From: a virus | Lineage: Duplodnaviria > Caudoviricetes | Length of the DNA stretch: 64,000 bases | Direction: 5' to 3' (one strand) | Virus record (IMG/VR): IMGVR_UViG_3300031992_000046 | Coordinates: 36,410 to 100,409 of that record | In this document: one piece after another, positions 31,274 to 41,958 of the stretch | Position numbering within the stretch: the first letter of the stretch is position 1 | Layout of the letters: each line of letters starts with the position of its first letter | Notes under the pieces: generated by a model | What the model saw: only the letters and a program-made list of their open reading frames with translations | Databases searched by the model: none | What the model was told of the DNA's origin: nothing | Program-made: the position numbers and the translations under genes

Positions 31274-31343
31274 GTGCCGTGTTTGTTTTTAAACTTTAGC
31301 TGTTTTCATTTTTCCGGGGGTCGAGCCTCTTTCCGGAGCAATA

Positions 31344-31357
31344 CGAACATTTGTTCG
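31344..31357. promoter_or_regulatory. LexA (Cheo/SOS) box
   Basis: CGAACATTTGTTCG matches the Bacillota consensus CGAAC-N4-GTTCG. Confidence 0.8.
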
Positions 31358-31369
31358 TGTGCAGGCATT

Positions 31370-31399
31370 AGTATACCACGGGCGACATACCATTGTCAA
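31370..31399 (-). promoter_or_regulatory. Sigma-A promoter
   Basis: TTGACA-18-TATACT with TG extension. Confidence 0.7.
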
Positions 31400-31928
31400 T
31401 ACCCCGTGGTATATTTTTTGGAATTTTTGTTCCGTTATTCTGTTTTGTCCTTTTCGTTGGGCTCCATATCGACGATTGAGCACTCAACAATTTGCTCCCT
31501 TTCCCGCCTTCGCCGTTCGGCTTCTTCTTGCGCCCGCAATTCTTTCTCTCTTATTTTTTTAAGATAAATCTCTCCGTAACTGACCCTCTGCGGGGTACTC
31601 AAACGGTGATAGAGAAGGTAAATCAAACCGATGATAAGAATAATTAACTCCATATACTAATACCCGCTTAATAAATTTCTGCAATTTTGTCTACGATTTC
31701 ACCGAATTCTTCTACTACCTCTTCGAGATGTTCGAACGCCTCTTCGCGCTCCTGATACTTGTAGCCGTCGACCATATTCTCAGGCGTGTTGTCAAGACTG
31801 TCTTGTTCGGCGCTCACGATTGAGTCAAGTTCCGAGTTGATAACTCGCAATCTACCCACGATTTCCGCAAGAGAGCGCCGTCTTTCCTTGTTCAAAACTG
31901 CCCGCCCCTTTCTTTTTAGAATATTATA

Positions 31929-32504
31929 TCACACTTCGTGTGGCTTTTCAAATGTTTCAAGGATCTCTTTCAGCGTCCGCGGCGTGAAGTCCATACCGGG
32001 AATCATGCACCCTACGTTGTACATACGGCAGGGCTTATCGTATAGCTCCTCCATCTCATACTTTACCGCCCTCATCATATTCCATTCGAAAGAGCTGTGG
32101 ACGTGCCCGTAGAGGTGAATCCAGTTGTGGAAGTGTTTATTGAAACAGGGGATCGGGTAATGGCACAGTATAATCCCCGTTCCGTCGCCGAGATCGATCT
32201 CTTTGTAGTCTACGATTTCCGTGAACAGCGCACGGACATCTTTGTTGCGCAGAAGCTTCTTGTCGTGGTTGCCGATGCACAGATGTTTCGTGCCGTTGAG
32301 CCGCTCAAAAATCGAGATGGTTTTCATTGCAGGATACCAGCTGATATCGCCGAGGATCCACACGTCGTCGTCGATGCCGACAGCTTCGTTCCATCTTTCG
32401 ATCAGCGCTTCGTCGTGCGCTTCGATGCTCGGGAACTCGCGATTATCATAAGCGAGGCAGTTATGGTGCCCGAAGTGGAGATCAGCGGTAAATAGGGTTT
32501 GCAT
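31929..32504 (-). CDS. Calcineurin-like metallophosphoesterase
   Basis: ADLHFGH, LGD, GNHD, LCHYP, GHVH. Confidence 0.9.
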   Translation of the reverse strand: MQTLFTADLHFGHHNCLAYDNREFPSIEAHDEALIERWNEAVGIDDDVWILGDISWYPAMKTISIFERLNGTKHLCIGNHDKKLLRNKDVRALFTEIVDYKEIDLGDGTGIILCHYPIPCFNKHFHNWIHLYGHVHSSFEWNMMRAVKYEMEELYDKPCRMYNVGCMIPGMDFTPRTLKEILETFEKPHEV

Positions 32505-32886
32505 TTTTCTCAATCAACTCCTTTGGCAAAGGTAACAACGGCGCCCAGTACAGAACGTCGTTGATTTCAACGTCGCCCCACTCGGGATCGTAGCGGTAAA
32601 ACCCGGGCCGTTTTCCCGGGGGTTCTCCGTCGCCGAAAAACATCGTTTGTGACATATCGTTTGTAAAACGGAGGACATCCTGATAATAGAACCGACCGCC
32701 AAAACCGGTGCAAAGCGCTATATACTCTCCATCCTCGACCGGGAGCCTCTCTTTGACGTTCGTCCATCCCGGCGTTTCAACTACGGGAAACTCCTCGAGC
32801 ATTTCCTCTAAGTCTGAGGTGTCGTACGCCCATAGCTCGTTGTTAACTATGCGGTCATAGTCTGTGATATCAAGATATTTCGGCAT
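32482..32886 (-). CDS. DUF551-like protein
   Basis: W..VKERLP ... V.YWAPL.PLP. Confidence 0.7.
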   Translation of the reverse strand: MPKYLDITDYDRIVNNELWAYDTSDLEEMLEEFPVVETPGWTNVKERLPVEDGEYIALCTGFGGRFYYQDVLRFTNDMSQTMFFGDGEPPGKRPGFYRYDPEWGDVEINDVLYWAPLLPLPKELIEKNANPIYR

Positions 32887-33828
32887 TATTTTATCCTCCT
32901 TCGCGGCAAGTCATCGCGTTATATGTCATCCATCTCACCCGTTCTGACTGCGTTCTTAACGTCATGAACGCAATATCCTCCGCATTGAGGACAGTAGACA
33001 CCGCTTACCACAACATCAATTAGTTCGTATCTGAAATAGCACCCGCATTTCTGACACTCCGTTTCGAACGCGGTGTCGCCCTCTTTGATTATCGTTTTCA
33101 TCCTACTGCTCCTTTCCGTCCATACGCGCCCAACAAGAGGGGCAAAGTAAACTGTAACGATCAAATACTGCGTCACACTCGGAACACCTGAATTTATGAT
33201 AACACCCGTCCGTATATTGCTGTGAGGGCGGGATAATTACCCACTCCCCGTGCCTCACCGCGTCACGCTTGCCGTCAGCGTAACCGAGCCGCCAGCTGTC
33301 TGCGCATTTGTACTCGTTTTCTTTCAGAGCGTCAAACCGACCATCATCATAACCGCGAAAATAGTCGGCGCTTTCTTCCCACGTGTCTCTGCAGCCGTCC
33401 ATCATCTTTCACCCGCTTCCACGAAATGGCTGAACCTGAGTTCTTTATCCCAGCGTATGACACCCTGATACCTGCATCTTTCTTCTGCCTGAATGCCGCC
33501 CGAGTGCGTATAGCGGTCGCTGCTCTTGTACATAGGACAGTCTGGGTTAGACTCCCGACAAGTCTTGTTTGTCATAACACATTTGAGATTCTTAACTTTG
33601 AAGTGTTCCATAATATTTCTCCTGTAGCTCTCCTGGGTCGTTCGACCGACCCAGTTTGGTGGTTGTTCCGTCGGGGTTTATCTGGTATATGTAGTAAAGG
33701 TCTCGCGTGGGGCGGCTCGTTATCAGATATCTCGGAGTCCCGTCCGAGGCCTGCAAAACCACCCATGGTGTTTCCTTTGTCGGATACTTGAGCTTAATCG
33801 TGAAAGAGGGATTCATAATAACACCCCA

Positions 33829-34998
33829 TCATTCATCCCGAAACTCCGTTGTTTCCGCGGGTTCTTCGGGGTTATTTATTTTCTTTTTCCGCAGTTTAGT
33901 TATCGTTTCTGCCATCGTCACAGCGGCGTAACCTATCTCCTCGGGGTTGTTTGCTTCGGAGAACGAGATACGTACAGTCTGACGCGCCTTTTCCGGCGAT
34001 AGCCCGATTGCGGTGAGAACGTGGCTCGGCTCGGACGAACTGCTGCTGCAGGCTGCCCCCGCTGATATGCAAATATCCTGAGCGTCCATAGCAAGAACAA
34101 GAGTCTGCGCGTCGACATCCTTAATAGTCAAACTGAGTATCTTCGATACGCCTTTTGCCTCTGGGAAAGCCTCGTTTACCTTAATGGAGTCGGCGCTGCC
34201 GAGCGCTCTTACGAGCTTGTCGACGAACAGGTCTTTGTAAACCCAGCAACTTTTTTCTTCTTCGAGTTTAGAGGCAAGCTCTGCGGCGACACCGAACCCT
34301 ACAATGCCTGCAACGTTGGGTGTGCCTCCGCGCATACCGAATTCCTGGTCGTCGCCTCCTTTGATAAGGGGGTCGAGCAGGGCAGGGTGTTTAGCGTAAA
34401 CAGCACCGACACCCTTCGGTCCGTGGATTTTGTGCGCAGAAAACGTCGCGAAATCGCAGCCCATCAGCTTAACGTTTATCGGGACGGAACCGAGAGCCTG
34501 GACGCAATCCGTCGTAAATGTTATATCCTTTTTGCTACAAAACTCTGCAATTCCTGTTACATCGTTGATGGCGCCCGTCTCATTATTGACGTACATTGCA
34601 CACAAAAGGCCCGTTTTATTATCAATAATTTCATCCAGCTTCGATGGGTCGAGGGTGCCGCTTTTCCTTACAGGAACTGTGCAGTCAGCATATCTCAGTA
34701 TCGAGTCATGTTCTACGGCGCTTGCAGCCATCTTCGGCTTTCCCGAAAACCGGCAGTGCCTGAGCGCGCCGCGCATTACCATTGCGTTCGATTCTGCGCC
34801 GCCCGAGGTAAAAATGATTTGGTTAGGCTCGGCTCCGATTGCACGAGCCACTTGTTCTCTTGCGTTCTCTACTGCCTCTCTCGCTTCGCGTCCGCAGGAG
34901 TGTAACGATGACGGATTCCCGCAGCTCATAAACGGGAACATTGCCCTGAGAACAGGGGGCGAAAGAGGTGTTGTCGAGGCGTTGTCAAGATATATCAT
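33829..34998 (-). CDS. Cysteine desulfurase (NifS/IscS family)
   Basis: IYLDNASTT, FTSGG.E, SAHKIHGPKG (PLP Lys), SAGAAC. Confidence 0.95.
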   Translation of the reverse strand: MIYLDNASTTPLSPPVLRAMFPFMSCGNPSSLHSCGREAREAVENAREQVARAIGAEPNQIIFTSGGAESNAMVMRGALRHCRFSGKPKMAASAVEHDSILRYADCTVPVRKSGTLDPSKLDEIIDNKTGLLCAMYVNNETGAINDVTGIAEFCSKKDITFTTDCVQALGSVPINVKLMGCDFATFSAHKIHGPKGVGAVYAKHPALLDPLIKGGDDQEFGMRGGTPNVAGIVGFGVAAELASKLEEEKSCWVYKDLFVDKLVRALGSADSIKVNEAFPEAKGVSKILSLTIKDVDAQTLVLAMDAQDICISAGAACSSSSSEPSHVLTAIGLSPEKARQTVRISFSEANNPEEIGYAAVTMAETITKLRKKKINNPEEPAETTEFRDE

Positions 34999-35858
34999 AT
35001 AGGTTCATCCTCCAAAACTATGCAATTGACTTTACCAGATGCAGCGGTGCAGGCATCGAGCGCGATAATACCATCGTCGTAGAACGGGGTAAAATCTGCG
35101 CCCTCACCGAACTCATCGTGAGCATATCCGTACATCCAGTGCCCGTAGCTGCAGTGCCAGTGCCCGCAGACTATCGTTTTGTTTGGTTCGATTACCTTGG
35201 TTTCCGCACAGTCTATCCCGTTGAGCCAGCGCGCATCTCGCCAGTCAACGTCAGAAGCCTTGCGCCAGTCGGGGTCGTATGCGTATCCGCCGATGTGTCC
35301 GCCCCAGCGGTCGTGCTCTGTCAAGCAGGGGATCCAGCCGTGAACGAATATATAGTTTTTCGTCTCATAGTAGTCGATACTCGACGGTATCAGCTCGCTG
35401 TAAAACGGTGTCGCCCTCACCTGAGCGAGAAACTTCTCCGCATCTATCGGAGACTTGCGCGGTTCGGAGAGTGCCGGTTCGGTTTCGTGCTGCTGAAGTA
35501 CAGGGAGTATGGCGTCGGCGAGGTGCTCATAACCCGTGAGGTCGAGCGCAGTTCTGACGGTGCCGTTATGAAGATGGTGTGACCTGCCTATGACAATGTC
35601 TTTGAGATAGTCATACCAGTTGTCAATCATATCGACGAGAAGATCCTCGTGATTCCCGCGAATGAATATGAGATTTCCACATTCCTTTTGCTCAAGCAGA
35701 AATTTCTGCATCTCGAGAGGTTCTCTGCCGCGATCCATAGCGTCTCCGCACAGAACCAGTTTGTGAGGTTCTTCGTCGTCGAAGAAACCCTTTTCCCTCA
35801 GCGCCGTAACGGTCGCTTCGTAAAAGCCGTGAGGGTCAGCTATGACATAGTAGCGCAT
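34995..35858 (-). CDS. Metallophosphoesterase (Ser/Thr phosphatase-like)
   Basis: DPHG, GD.MDRG, RGNHE, FVHG, GHWH. Confidence 0.9.
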   Translation of the reverse strand: MRYYVIADPHGFYEATVTALREKGFFDDEEPHKLVLCGDAMDRGREPLEMQKFLLEQKECGNLIFIRGNHEDLLVDMIDNWYDYLKDIVIGRSHHLHNGTVRTALDLTGYEHLADAILPVLQQHETEPALSEPRKSPIDAEKFLAQVRATPFYSELIPSSIDYYETKNYIFVHGWIPCLTEHDRWGGHIGGYAYDPDWRKASDVDWRDARWLNGIDCAETKVIEPNKTIVCGHWHCSYGHWMYGYAHDEFGEGADFTPFYDDGIIALDACTAASGKVNCIVLEDEPI

Positions 35859-35859
35859 C

Positions 35860-36531
35860 TTATCTCCTTAATATATTTGTTGACGGGGTATAGTAGTCGT
35901 TCTCCCAGTTGATGTCCGGGTCGGGTTCCGGGTCATACAGTAGTGAACGCCCTATCGACCTCGTCGGATTAAAAACCGACTCTTGCCCGAGGTGCTGGAT
36001 AAGCACGGGGTTTGTCGTAATGATTTTGATTTTTCGGTCGTGTGCCCAATTCTGTACGTTGATGTCGTCGCCTGGCGCGTCGAACTTCCAGTATTCCAGC
36101 AGGTCGGGAATGAGCTTTGACGGTATCATTAGTGCGCACCCTGACGCCATTGTAGTCTGGATATAATGTGACCGCACAACGAATGAAAACTTTTCAGGAT
36201 GCATAAACTCGGAAGGGAAGAATGAAACGACACAATCCTTCAGCGTGGCCGCGATCCTCTTGGCGATTTCAGGGAATCCTTTGCAGAGTTCGATATCGTC
36301 CTGCATTACCAGAACCCACGGTTCCTCGGTCGGCATCGACCACGCCCTGTGTGCGTTTACAAGCACGCCTTCGCGCTTTTTGTCTACAAATATACGGTTG
36401 TTCGGGACTTCAAGCGCCGCGGCGTTCATTCGCACGTTATCCATCCTCTGCGGAACGCAGACAATTCGTATGTCGACGCCCGGAATCATGATGCAACACC
36501 CGACTCCGCTCGGCTCAAAACTTTGACCCAA
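35860..36531 (-). CDS. Glycosyltransferase-like protein
   Basis: LVMQDD, DD, P.LIQH GT-A-like motifs. Confidence 0.55.
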   Translation of the reverse strand: MGQSFEPSGVGCCIMIPGVDIRIVCVPQRMDNVRMNAAALEVPNNRIFVDKKREGVLVNAHRAWSMPTEEPWVLVMQDDIELCKGFPEIAKRIAATLKDCVVSFFPSEFMHPEKFSFVVRSHYIQTTMASGCALMIPSKLIPDLLEYWKFDAPGDDINVQNWAHDRKIKIITTNPVLIQHLGQESVFNPTRSIGRSLLYDPEPDPDINWENDYYTPSTNILRR

Positions 36532-36751
36532 CCTATGTTGATATCGTTCTTGGTTATCGTGATATGATACGGTCTTGACGGGCCGTATCCGCGCGGATTG
36601 AAATGAGGCAGGACGGTGCCGAGAAACCAGTTTGGATATTCAGCTTCGATCCTAATAGGTACAGTCAGTTTCTCGGTTGCAAAAGGGTAGTGATAATAAA
36701 AAACCGGTTCTTTTTCAGAGAAAATCATATATGTTTCGCCAACTTTTAATC

Positions 36752-37081
36752 TCATTTTTCCTCCCACAAATAATCGACGAACACGTCGAAATTCAGCATC
36801 ACCTGATCGAAGACGTCAATCTTTTTCTCTACTTGTCCGCTCGGCGGCCAGTCGCTGAGTATGATTTCCCATTCGCATTTGCTCCAGAAATAGTACATCA
36901 AATCTCTCCTGATCCGCTCGGCGAATTCATCCCTCGTTTCGCACTCTTTAATTGCCTTTCGTGCGTCTTCGACGAACCTTGAGTTCTGCATGATGTCATA
37001 TGTTCCGATTTTCTTCGCATTGAAATCGTCGACGTAGACATTCCAGTGCTTGTCCGCGAATCTTTTCTTTCTTGCCATCAT
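36752..37081 (-). CDS. Hypothetical protein immediately downstream of ncRNA A
   Basis: Tiling ORF with GAGGTG RBS. Confidence 0.75.
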   Translation of the reverse strand: MMARKKRFADKHWNVYVDDFNAKKIGTYDIMQNSRFVEDARKAIKECETRDEFAERIRRDLMYYFWSKCEWEIILSDWPPSGQVEKKIDVFDQVMLNFDVFVDYLWEEK

Positions 37082-37096
37082 TTCACCTCTCTTCTT

Positions 37097-37450
37097 TTTT
37101 CTTGAACCGCGTGTATATTTCTTTCCGGCGGACGGCCGGCGCCTTCCTGCTACTGGTCAGGTCGCTCAGTTGGAACTGCTCTGAAGTAGAGGGTGGAGTA
37201 CAGCATCGCTGTAGTCTGTTCGGGTTGTTTGCCTGTTCTACCAGGGGGACTTGCGTTCGAAATATGGAAGTCGAATGTCGTATCTCCTGGTGGTGACGTT
37301 TGTTGATGGGTTTTGGATGAGTTCAGATGTGGAGTGCAGGCGGTGGCTTATCATGCGGACTGGGCTCTGTCTGATCCTCCCTTTACCGGCAAACCTGTAC
37401 TTCCGCGTACCGCAGAAGCCCCGGGATACCCGGGTATCCGTTCAAGAAAA
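37097..37450 (-). ncRNA. Retron-like msr-msd ncRNA A (orphan)
   Basis: 11-bp IR ttttcttgaac (37097-107)/gttcaagaaaa (37440-450); GGAUA, hairpin cccggg/cccggg, conserved 29-mer 37391-37419. Confidence 0.8.
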
Positions 37451-37454
37451 TTGT

Positions 37455-37778
37455 TTAATCTTTTATTTCAGCTTCCGATTCGGCAAGTACGTCTTGTACA
37501 GCCCGCTCTCTGGCGGCGGAGAATTCCATATCGTACTTGTCTATGTTCTTTCGCATTTCCCGTGCCATACGGGGGATAAGTTCACAAAACTGTTCTTTCG
37601 TTACGTTGTAGATTATCTGACAGGTTTTGTCTGAAATGTAGTCGACGAGCGAGATGATGTCTTCTTCGTCAAACTTATCCTGTCTTTCGTAGTACGCCCT
37701 CGACAATTCCTCGAGGGTTAGTTCGAACTCGCACTCGTTTCCGTCGACGGTCCGTTTTATTGTCATCTGCAAAACCAC
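37455..37778 (-). CDS. Hypothetical protein
   Basis: Tiling ORF. Confidence 0.7.
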   Translation of the reverse strand: MVLQMTIKRTVDGNECEFELTLEELSRAYYERQDKFDEEDIISLVDYISDKTCQIIYNVTKEQFCELIPRMAREMRKNIDKYDMEFSAARERAVQDVLAESEAEIKD

Positions 37779-37871
37779 CTTCCTGATTTCTATTCACAAT
37801 AGCAGTCCATCAAAGGGGGAAGAAAACCCCGCCGTTAAGGGAAAGCGGCGGGGTAATTATTTTCAACAGAA

Positions 37872-38210
37872 TCAGTCTGTCGTCCGGTAGAAATAGGAAA
37901 GGTCTTCGCCCTTCAGGTTTTCTACACACCACTTGTCCGTCTTCTTCCAGAGCTCGTCGTACAGTTCGGCGAGCTCGTCGTTGTGCCCGTAGTGTTCGAA
38001 GATTTTCCAGTTGAGAGCCATGGTCAGTTCGGTAACGTACTCGACGTTGTTCTTCCACTCGCCGAAGGCACGTTCATAGGTGTCACGCACTGCGTCCGCT
38101 CCAAACCGGTCCGCTATTGAAAAGTCCTGATAAAACGTGGTCTTGGGTTTATATCCGGTCATTTCCTCGATGTTCCAGTCTTTGACTGCGAGATTGACAA
38201 AGGCCGTCAT
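37872..38210 (-). CDS. Hypothetical phage protein
   Basis: ORF with RBS, followed by terminator 37823-37855. Confidence 0.75.
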   Translation of the reverse strand: MTAFVNLAVKDWNIEEMTGYKPKTTFYQDFSIADRFGADAVRDTYERAFGEWKNNVEYVTELTMALNWKIFEHYGHNDELAELYDELWKKTDKWCVENLKGEDLSYFYRTTD

Positions 38211-38248
38211 AGTAAATTACCTCTCTTTCATTGTATAAATATGCAAAA

Positions 38249-38755
38249 TTACTGCATAGCCGCATTTATTCTGGCAATCATCGGTGCAAAAAACATTTCC
38301 TCGGCCTCTTTTCTGGCCTTGATTGCGTCCTCGAGGTTGTCAAAATGCTCATGGTATACTCGCTTGCCCTGCAGGAACAGATAGCTGTCATATCCACCGC
38401 GTTGGGAATTAGGGCAAACCCCCGTGCAGCCTGTCTTGTTGTCCACTCTCGGGGTTGTGTTCGAAATTTTTGCGAAGTTGGTACCGAACATAAAGTTGTT
38501 CTTGTAGTAATCCGCAAGATGGGCCGACGTTTTCGCCCCAAACTCCTTGCTGTGTCGGTAACATCCACAGGATACCACGCGCGCTTTATCGCGGATTAGC
38601 GCGTTATACTGTACACTTGTCGTCCTTCCGCAGTCACACTTGCAGACAACCTTGTACCTGTTGTTCGGATCGGGACCGAGCACGGTGAGTCGCCCGAACT
38701 TTTTACCCACCATACTTTGTTTCCTTCTGTCTACTGCTTCCGATTTTTGTCTCAT
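38249..38755 (-). CDS. AP2/HNH-associated-type DNA-binding protein
   Basis: GKKFGRLTVL, C.CDCG, SCGC; C-terminal NKTGCTGV...AIKARKEAE (AP2-like). Confidence 0.7.
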   Translation of the reverse strand: MRQKSEAVDRRKQSMVGKKFGRLTVLGPDPNNRYKVVCKCDCGRTTSVQYNALIRDKARVVSCGCYRHSKEFGAKTSAHLADYYKNNFMFGTNFAKISNTTPRVDNKTGCTGVCPNSQRGGYDSYLFLQGKRVYHEHFDNLEDAIKARKEAEEMFFAPMIARINAAMQ

Positions 38756-38786
38756 GTTTTTCCTCCTTTTTGTTTGTTGTGGGTGA

Positions 38787-39089
38787 ACTTGAACCACTTG
38801 AGAAGAAGAGATGATTCATACCGAGCTGTCTCGCAGGTGAAGCACAGCTTCGTGAGGTCGACAAACTCTTTATCGCTGTGGTTGGCTGGGTCGATGACGC
38901 CATATATGACGCAATCCTTGTTGTTTACCGCCTGTTGCTTTTGGCCGATTGCCGACGATCAATTGTGTTTGAGCTGTGAGTTACAACTGAGGTGGCTGGC
39001 GATCATCTGGTGGATCCGCATCCACGTTCTGGCAAACCTGTACTTCCGCGAACCGCAGAAGCTCTGAAAAATCAGATATCCGTTCAAGT
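38787..39089 (-). ncRNA. Retron-like msr-msd ncRNA B1 (orphan)
   Basis: 8-bp IR acttgaac/gttcaagt; GGAUA, hairpin tctga/tcaga, 29-mer at 39034-39062 (1 loop mismatch). Confidence 0.8.
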
Positions 39090-39130
39090 ATTTTTCTTCC
39101 TACAACTTCTAAAAACTGTATGCCGTTAAT

Positions 39131-39328
39131 TTACGCACACACAAAACTTCCTGCCGGGCGTTCCAAGTCCTTGAAACCATCTTTGATGGTTTCCCGGTCT
39201 TGGAAGGCCTCGGCCTGGAATGTTTTCCTTGGTCTTGGTTCAAGTTGAGTTGCTTAGACCAATCAGTTCTGCCGCAGACTGCAAACAGAGAACTCCGGGA
39301 AGTCATATGAGTTCAATCCTGTGCGTAA
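39131..39328 (-). ncRNA. Retron-like msr-msd ncRNA B2 (divergent, classical long msd hairpin)
   Basis: 9-bp IR ttacgcaca/tgtgcgtaa; GGAUU, hairpin gaactc/gagttc; ~80-nt msd hairpin 39143-39226. Confidence 0.7.
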
Positions 39329-39329
39329 T

Positions 39330-39917
39330 TTATACGAGCATGTTAAGAGCGCCTATAAACGCCGCCTCGTCATACCCGTTGTACAATCGTTCCAACGGAA
39401 AGCTCCCCGCCAGTTTGCAGGGGTAATATCCGTTCTCGTCCGGTGACACTCCGTATCTGTTCCCGACCTGAGGTTGTTTCTGAAAACCTACATAGTATTC
39501 CAGTTGTTCTGTGTCGAGGTCGATTATGTAGGCGTATTCGCAAAACAGAGAGTTCTCTATGAACGTGTGGTTGTCTATCATATAGGCCTGTCCATGTTCT
39601 AAGCAAAGCTCTTTCAGCTTCTCAAGGTCGCCCTGTTGCGACCTTAAAAGGCAGTACCAGTCGTCCACGCTACAATTGCTGACCGTCAAGTCAACCAAGC
39701 CGTTGCGCTGGCAGAAATCTACCTGTTGGGCGTTGGGCTGTGAGTCTTCGCTCACAAGCTGAATGCGGTCGTACATCTTCCGCATATCATCTATGGATGT
39801 GTTCGCGCAGAATTCGCCTACGAGTTTGCCAAGGTATTCAGGGTAGCTGTCGAAATGATTATAGGTAGTCTTGTCGAAGCCACTGCTCCTGAAACCGTAA
39901 AGCCCCCTTGTACCCAT
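39330..39917 (-). CDS. Hypothetical phage protein
   Basis: 195 aa tiling ORF. Confidence 0.75.
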   Translation of the reverse strand: MGTRGLYGFRSSGFDKTTYNHFDSYPEYLGKLVGEFCANTSIDDMRKMYDRIQLVSEDSQPNAQQVDFCQRNGLVDLTVSNCSVDDWYCLLRSQQGDLEKLKELCLEHGQAYMIDNHTFIENSLFCEYAYIIDLDTEQLEYYVGFQKQPQVGNRYGVSPDENGYYPCKLAGSFPLERLYNGYDEAAFIGALNMLV

Positions 39918-40237
39918 TAAAAACCACCTCCTTCGAAAAAGTTTTTAAGATTACGAATCGCCGCAACTTCTCCTTCGGTCAGCTGATAGAACGGGTCGTC
40001 GAGCGGTTCGACCAAACCCTCCATAAGCTGTGTAAATCCATCACGCATTTCAAGACGTTGGCCTGTTTCGAGGTCGTGCACGTAGTCTCCGTCGGCGTCG
40101 TTCTCAAGACAAAACCAGCAATCCATTTTTGTTGCCGACGCGATTCGATTGAGCGCGTTGTATTCGGTTGCCGTTAGAATCATATTTGTTCTCCTTTAAC
40201 CTGCAAATTTAACCCACACTCACAAATGTAGGTTGTC

Positions 40238-40308
40238 CAGGGACGGCCGGAGTTGAACCGGCGATGTGGGGGCCAAAACCCCATGCCTTGCCGCTTGGCT
40301 ACGCCCCG
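40238..40308 (-). tRNA. tRNA-Gln(TTG)
   Basis: Cloverleaf; anticodon stem TGGGG/CCCCA, loop TTTTGGC, T-loop TTCAACT; C1:U72 mismatch. Confidence 0.85.
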
Positions 40309-41028
40309 TTAGGATTTTACGTCGAGAAGGTTGCTATCTCGCAGTTGCAAGTCAACAGCTGCCCGCCGCATATAGGGCACCTTTCAATATCACATTCGGG
40401 ATGATGATAGTGCCCGAACATAGCCCCGCAATCCCCGCATCTTTCGCCGGGGCCGTACCAGCCTTCGTCACCCACTTTGTTGCGTCGAGTTTTTCTGCCC
40501 GCCGCCGTCACAACGTATTTGAAGTCGCATCCTTTTGCGGTAAGCATTTCCTTGCCGCACGCTTTACACTTTGCCATAAAATTTTCCTCCTGCATCGGGG
40601 CATTAAATTTTATTTCACATAAAAGTAGAAGTCACTACCAATAAAGGGATCGTCTAACTCTAAATCTTTATCAGTAAAGAGTCTCATACAACCGCTCTTA
40701 GCTAAGCAGTCAATTTTCCAACTGGTTAAATCTACTTTACGGGTCTTTATGGTCTCATTGAAGTCTTTGCCATAACCTCCGATCCCGTTAATATGCATTA
40801 CATCAGACCATCCTGACACAGCACCTACTATTTCACCGTGCCTTACTAAAATAAATTTCATACACCTAAACCCAGATTCGTGTGTCTTCCTCATAGGTAC
40901 AAGAACGACATCTTTAAATGGTTTAGTAGGCATAAAATTCTCTATATTACGAAGTTCCGTTAAGGTCATATCACCTAAACTTTTATCCATTATTTCCTTT
41001 CCATAGATGTATTTCATTTAGTCCTCCT

Positions 41029-41415
41029 TCAGTTGATAATCTCCAACTTCTCTTCGATGTCTTTAGGGATATTACCTTCCCATACGTAATTATTTTTAAG
41101 TATGTACTCGTTATATGTAGTAGCAGTCTTGTTAGCTCTCATTTTAGCCTGTTCTGCCCAACTAATCTTCTCACTATCTGTACTATCCTTATACTGTTCG
41201 TAGGTAAGTTTATCAGACTTATACGATGCAATCATTGCCCTGCAGGTATCTTCTACATGTTTAATAGTCTCATAGTTAGTAGCGTCATCAACTGTCTGAA
41301 CTTTATGAAACCATTTATTCCATATCGCTCTACCTTGAGGAGTTATAGCAAAGACGATAAGTAGAGCCAAAACTCCTGCTACTATAACTAACGTATTTCT
41401 CTTCCATACTTCCAT
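41029..41415 (-). CDS. Membrane-anchored protein
   Basis: N-terminal TM helix. Confidence 0.75.
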   Translation of the reverse strand: MEVWKRNTLVIVAGVLALLIVFAITPQGRAIWNKWFHKVQTVDDATNYETIKHVEDTCRAMIASYKSDKLTYEQYKDSTDSEKISWAEQAKMRANKTATTYNEYILKNNYVWEGNIPKDIEEKLEIIN

Positions 41416-41418
41416 AAT

Positions 41419-41958
41419 TTACTCTCCTATACTTACTACAGGTGATTCGATCTCAAATGGAATGTCAGAGAAGAGATACTCCCCATTCCACTCAACGTAT
41501 TTACCATCAGGAGTGAAGAAGAATATACCCGAATCATTCTCACCATAGGATCCATCTACATCTGCAAGCCATCTATTACGAGAGTCGCCGATAGAATAAT
41601 ACTCACTATCTGGAGTGAGGTAGCTATTCAGGCTTGAAACCTTCCCGTCTACTATGAACCTGCCAACTATCGCGGGTCCGGAGAACAAAACTATATATCC
41701 AAGAGGTTTTTCAATTTCACAAGGAAGAGTATTAGCCTTTTCTCTCTGGCCGTTTACCCAATATGCTCTCCGAATTAGATTATAACGTTCGAGTGAATAA
41801 TCAATATCTGTCGTCGGGGTAGGCTGATTTGTTTGAAGATTGCTGGCGTTTTCTTTGGTTTTTTGTGTGTCCCGTAAACTTCCGAGCTCGTCGTCGCAAC
41901 CGACAAAGATCATCAACGCAAAAATAACTATTAGAATTATGCTAAGTATACGTTTCAT
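41419..41958 (-). CDS. Lipoprotein
   Basis: Signal peptide with lipobox FVGC. Confidence 0.75.
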   Translation of the reverse strand: MKRILSIILIVIFALMIFVGCDDELGSLRDTQKTKENASNLQTNQPTPTTDIDYSLERYNLIRRAYWVNGQREKANTLPCEIEKPLGYIVLFSGPAIVGRFIVDGKVSSLNSYLTPDSEYYSIGDSRNRWLADVDGSYGENDSGIFFFTPDGKYVEWNGEYLFSDIPFEIESPVVSIGE

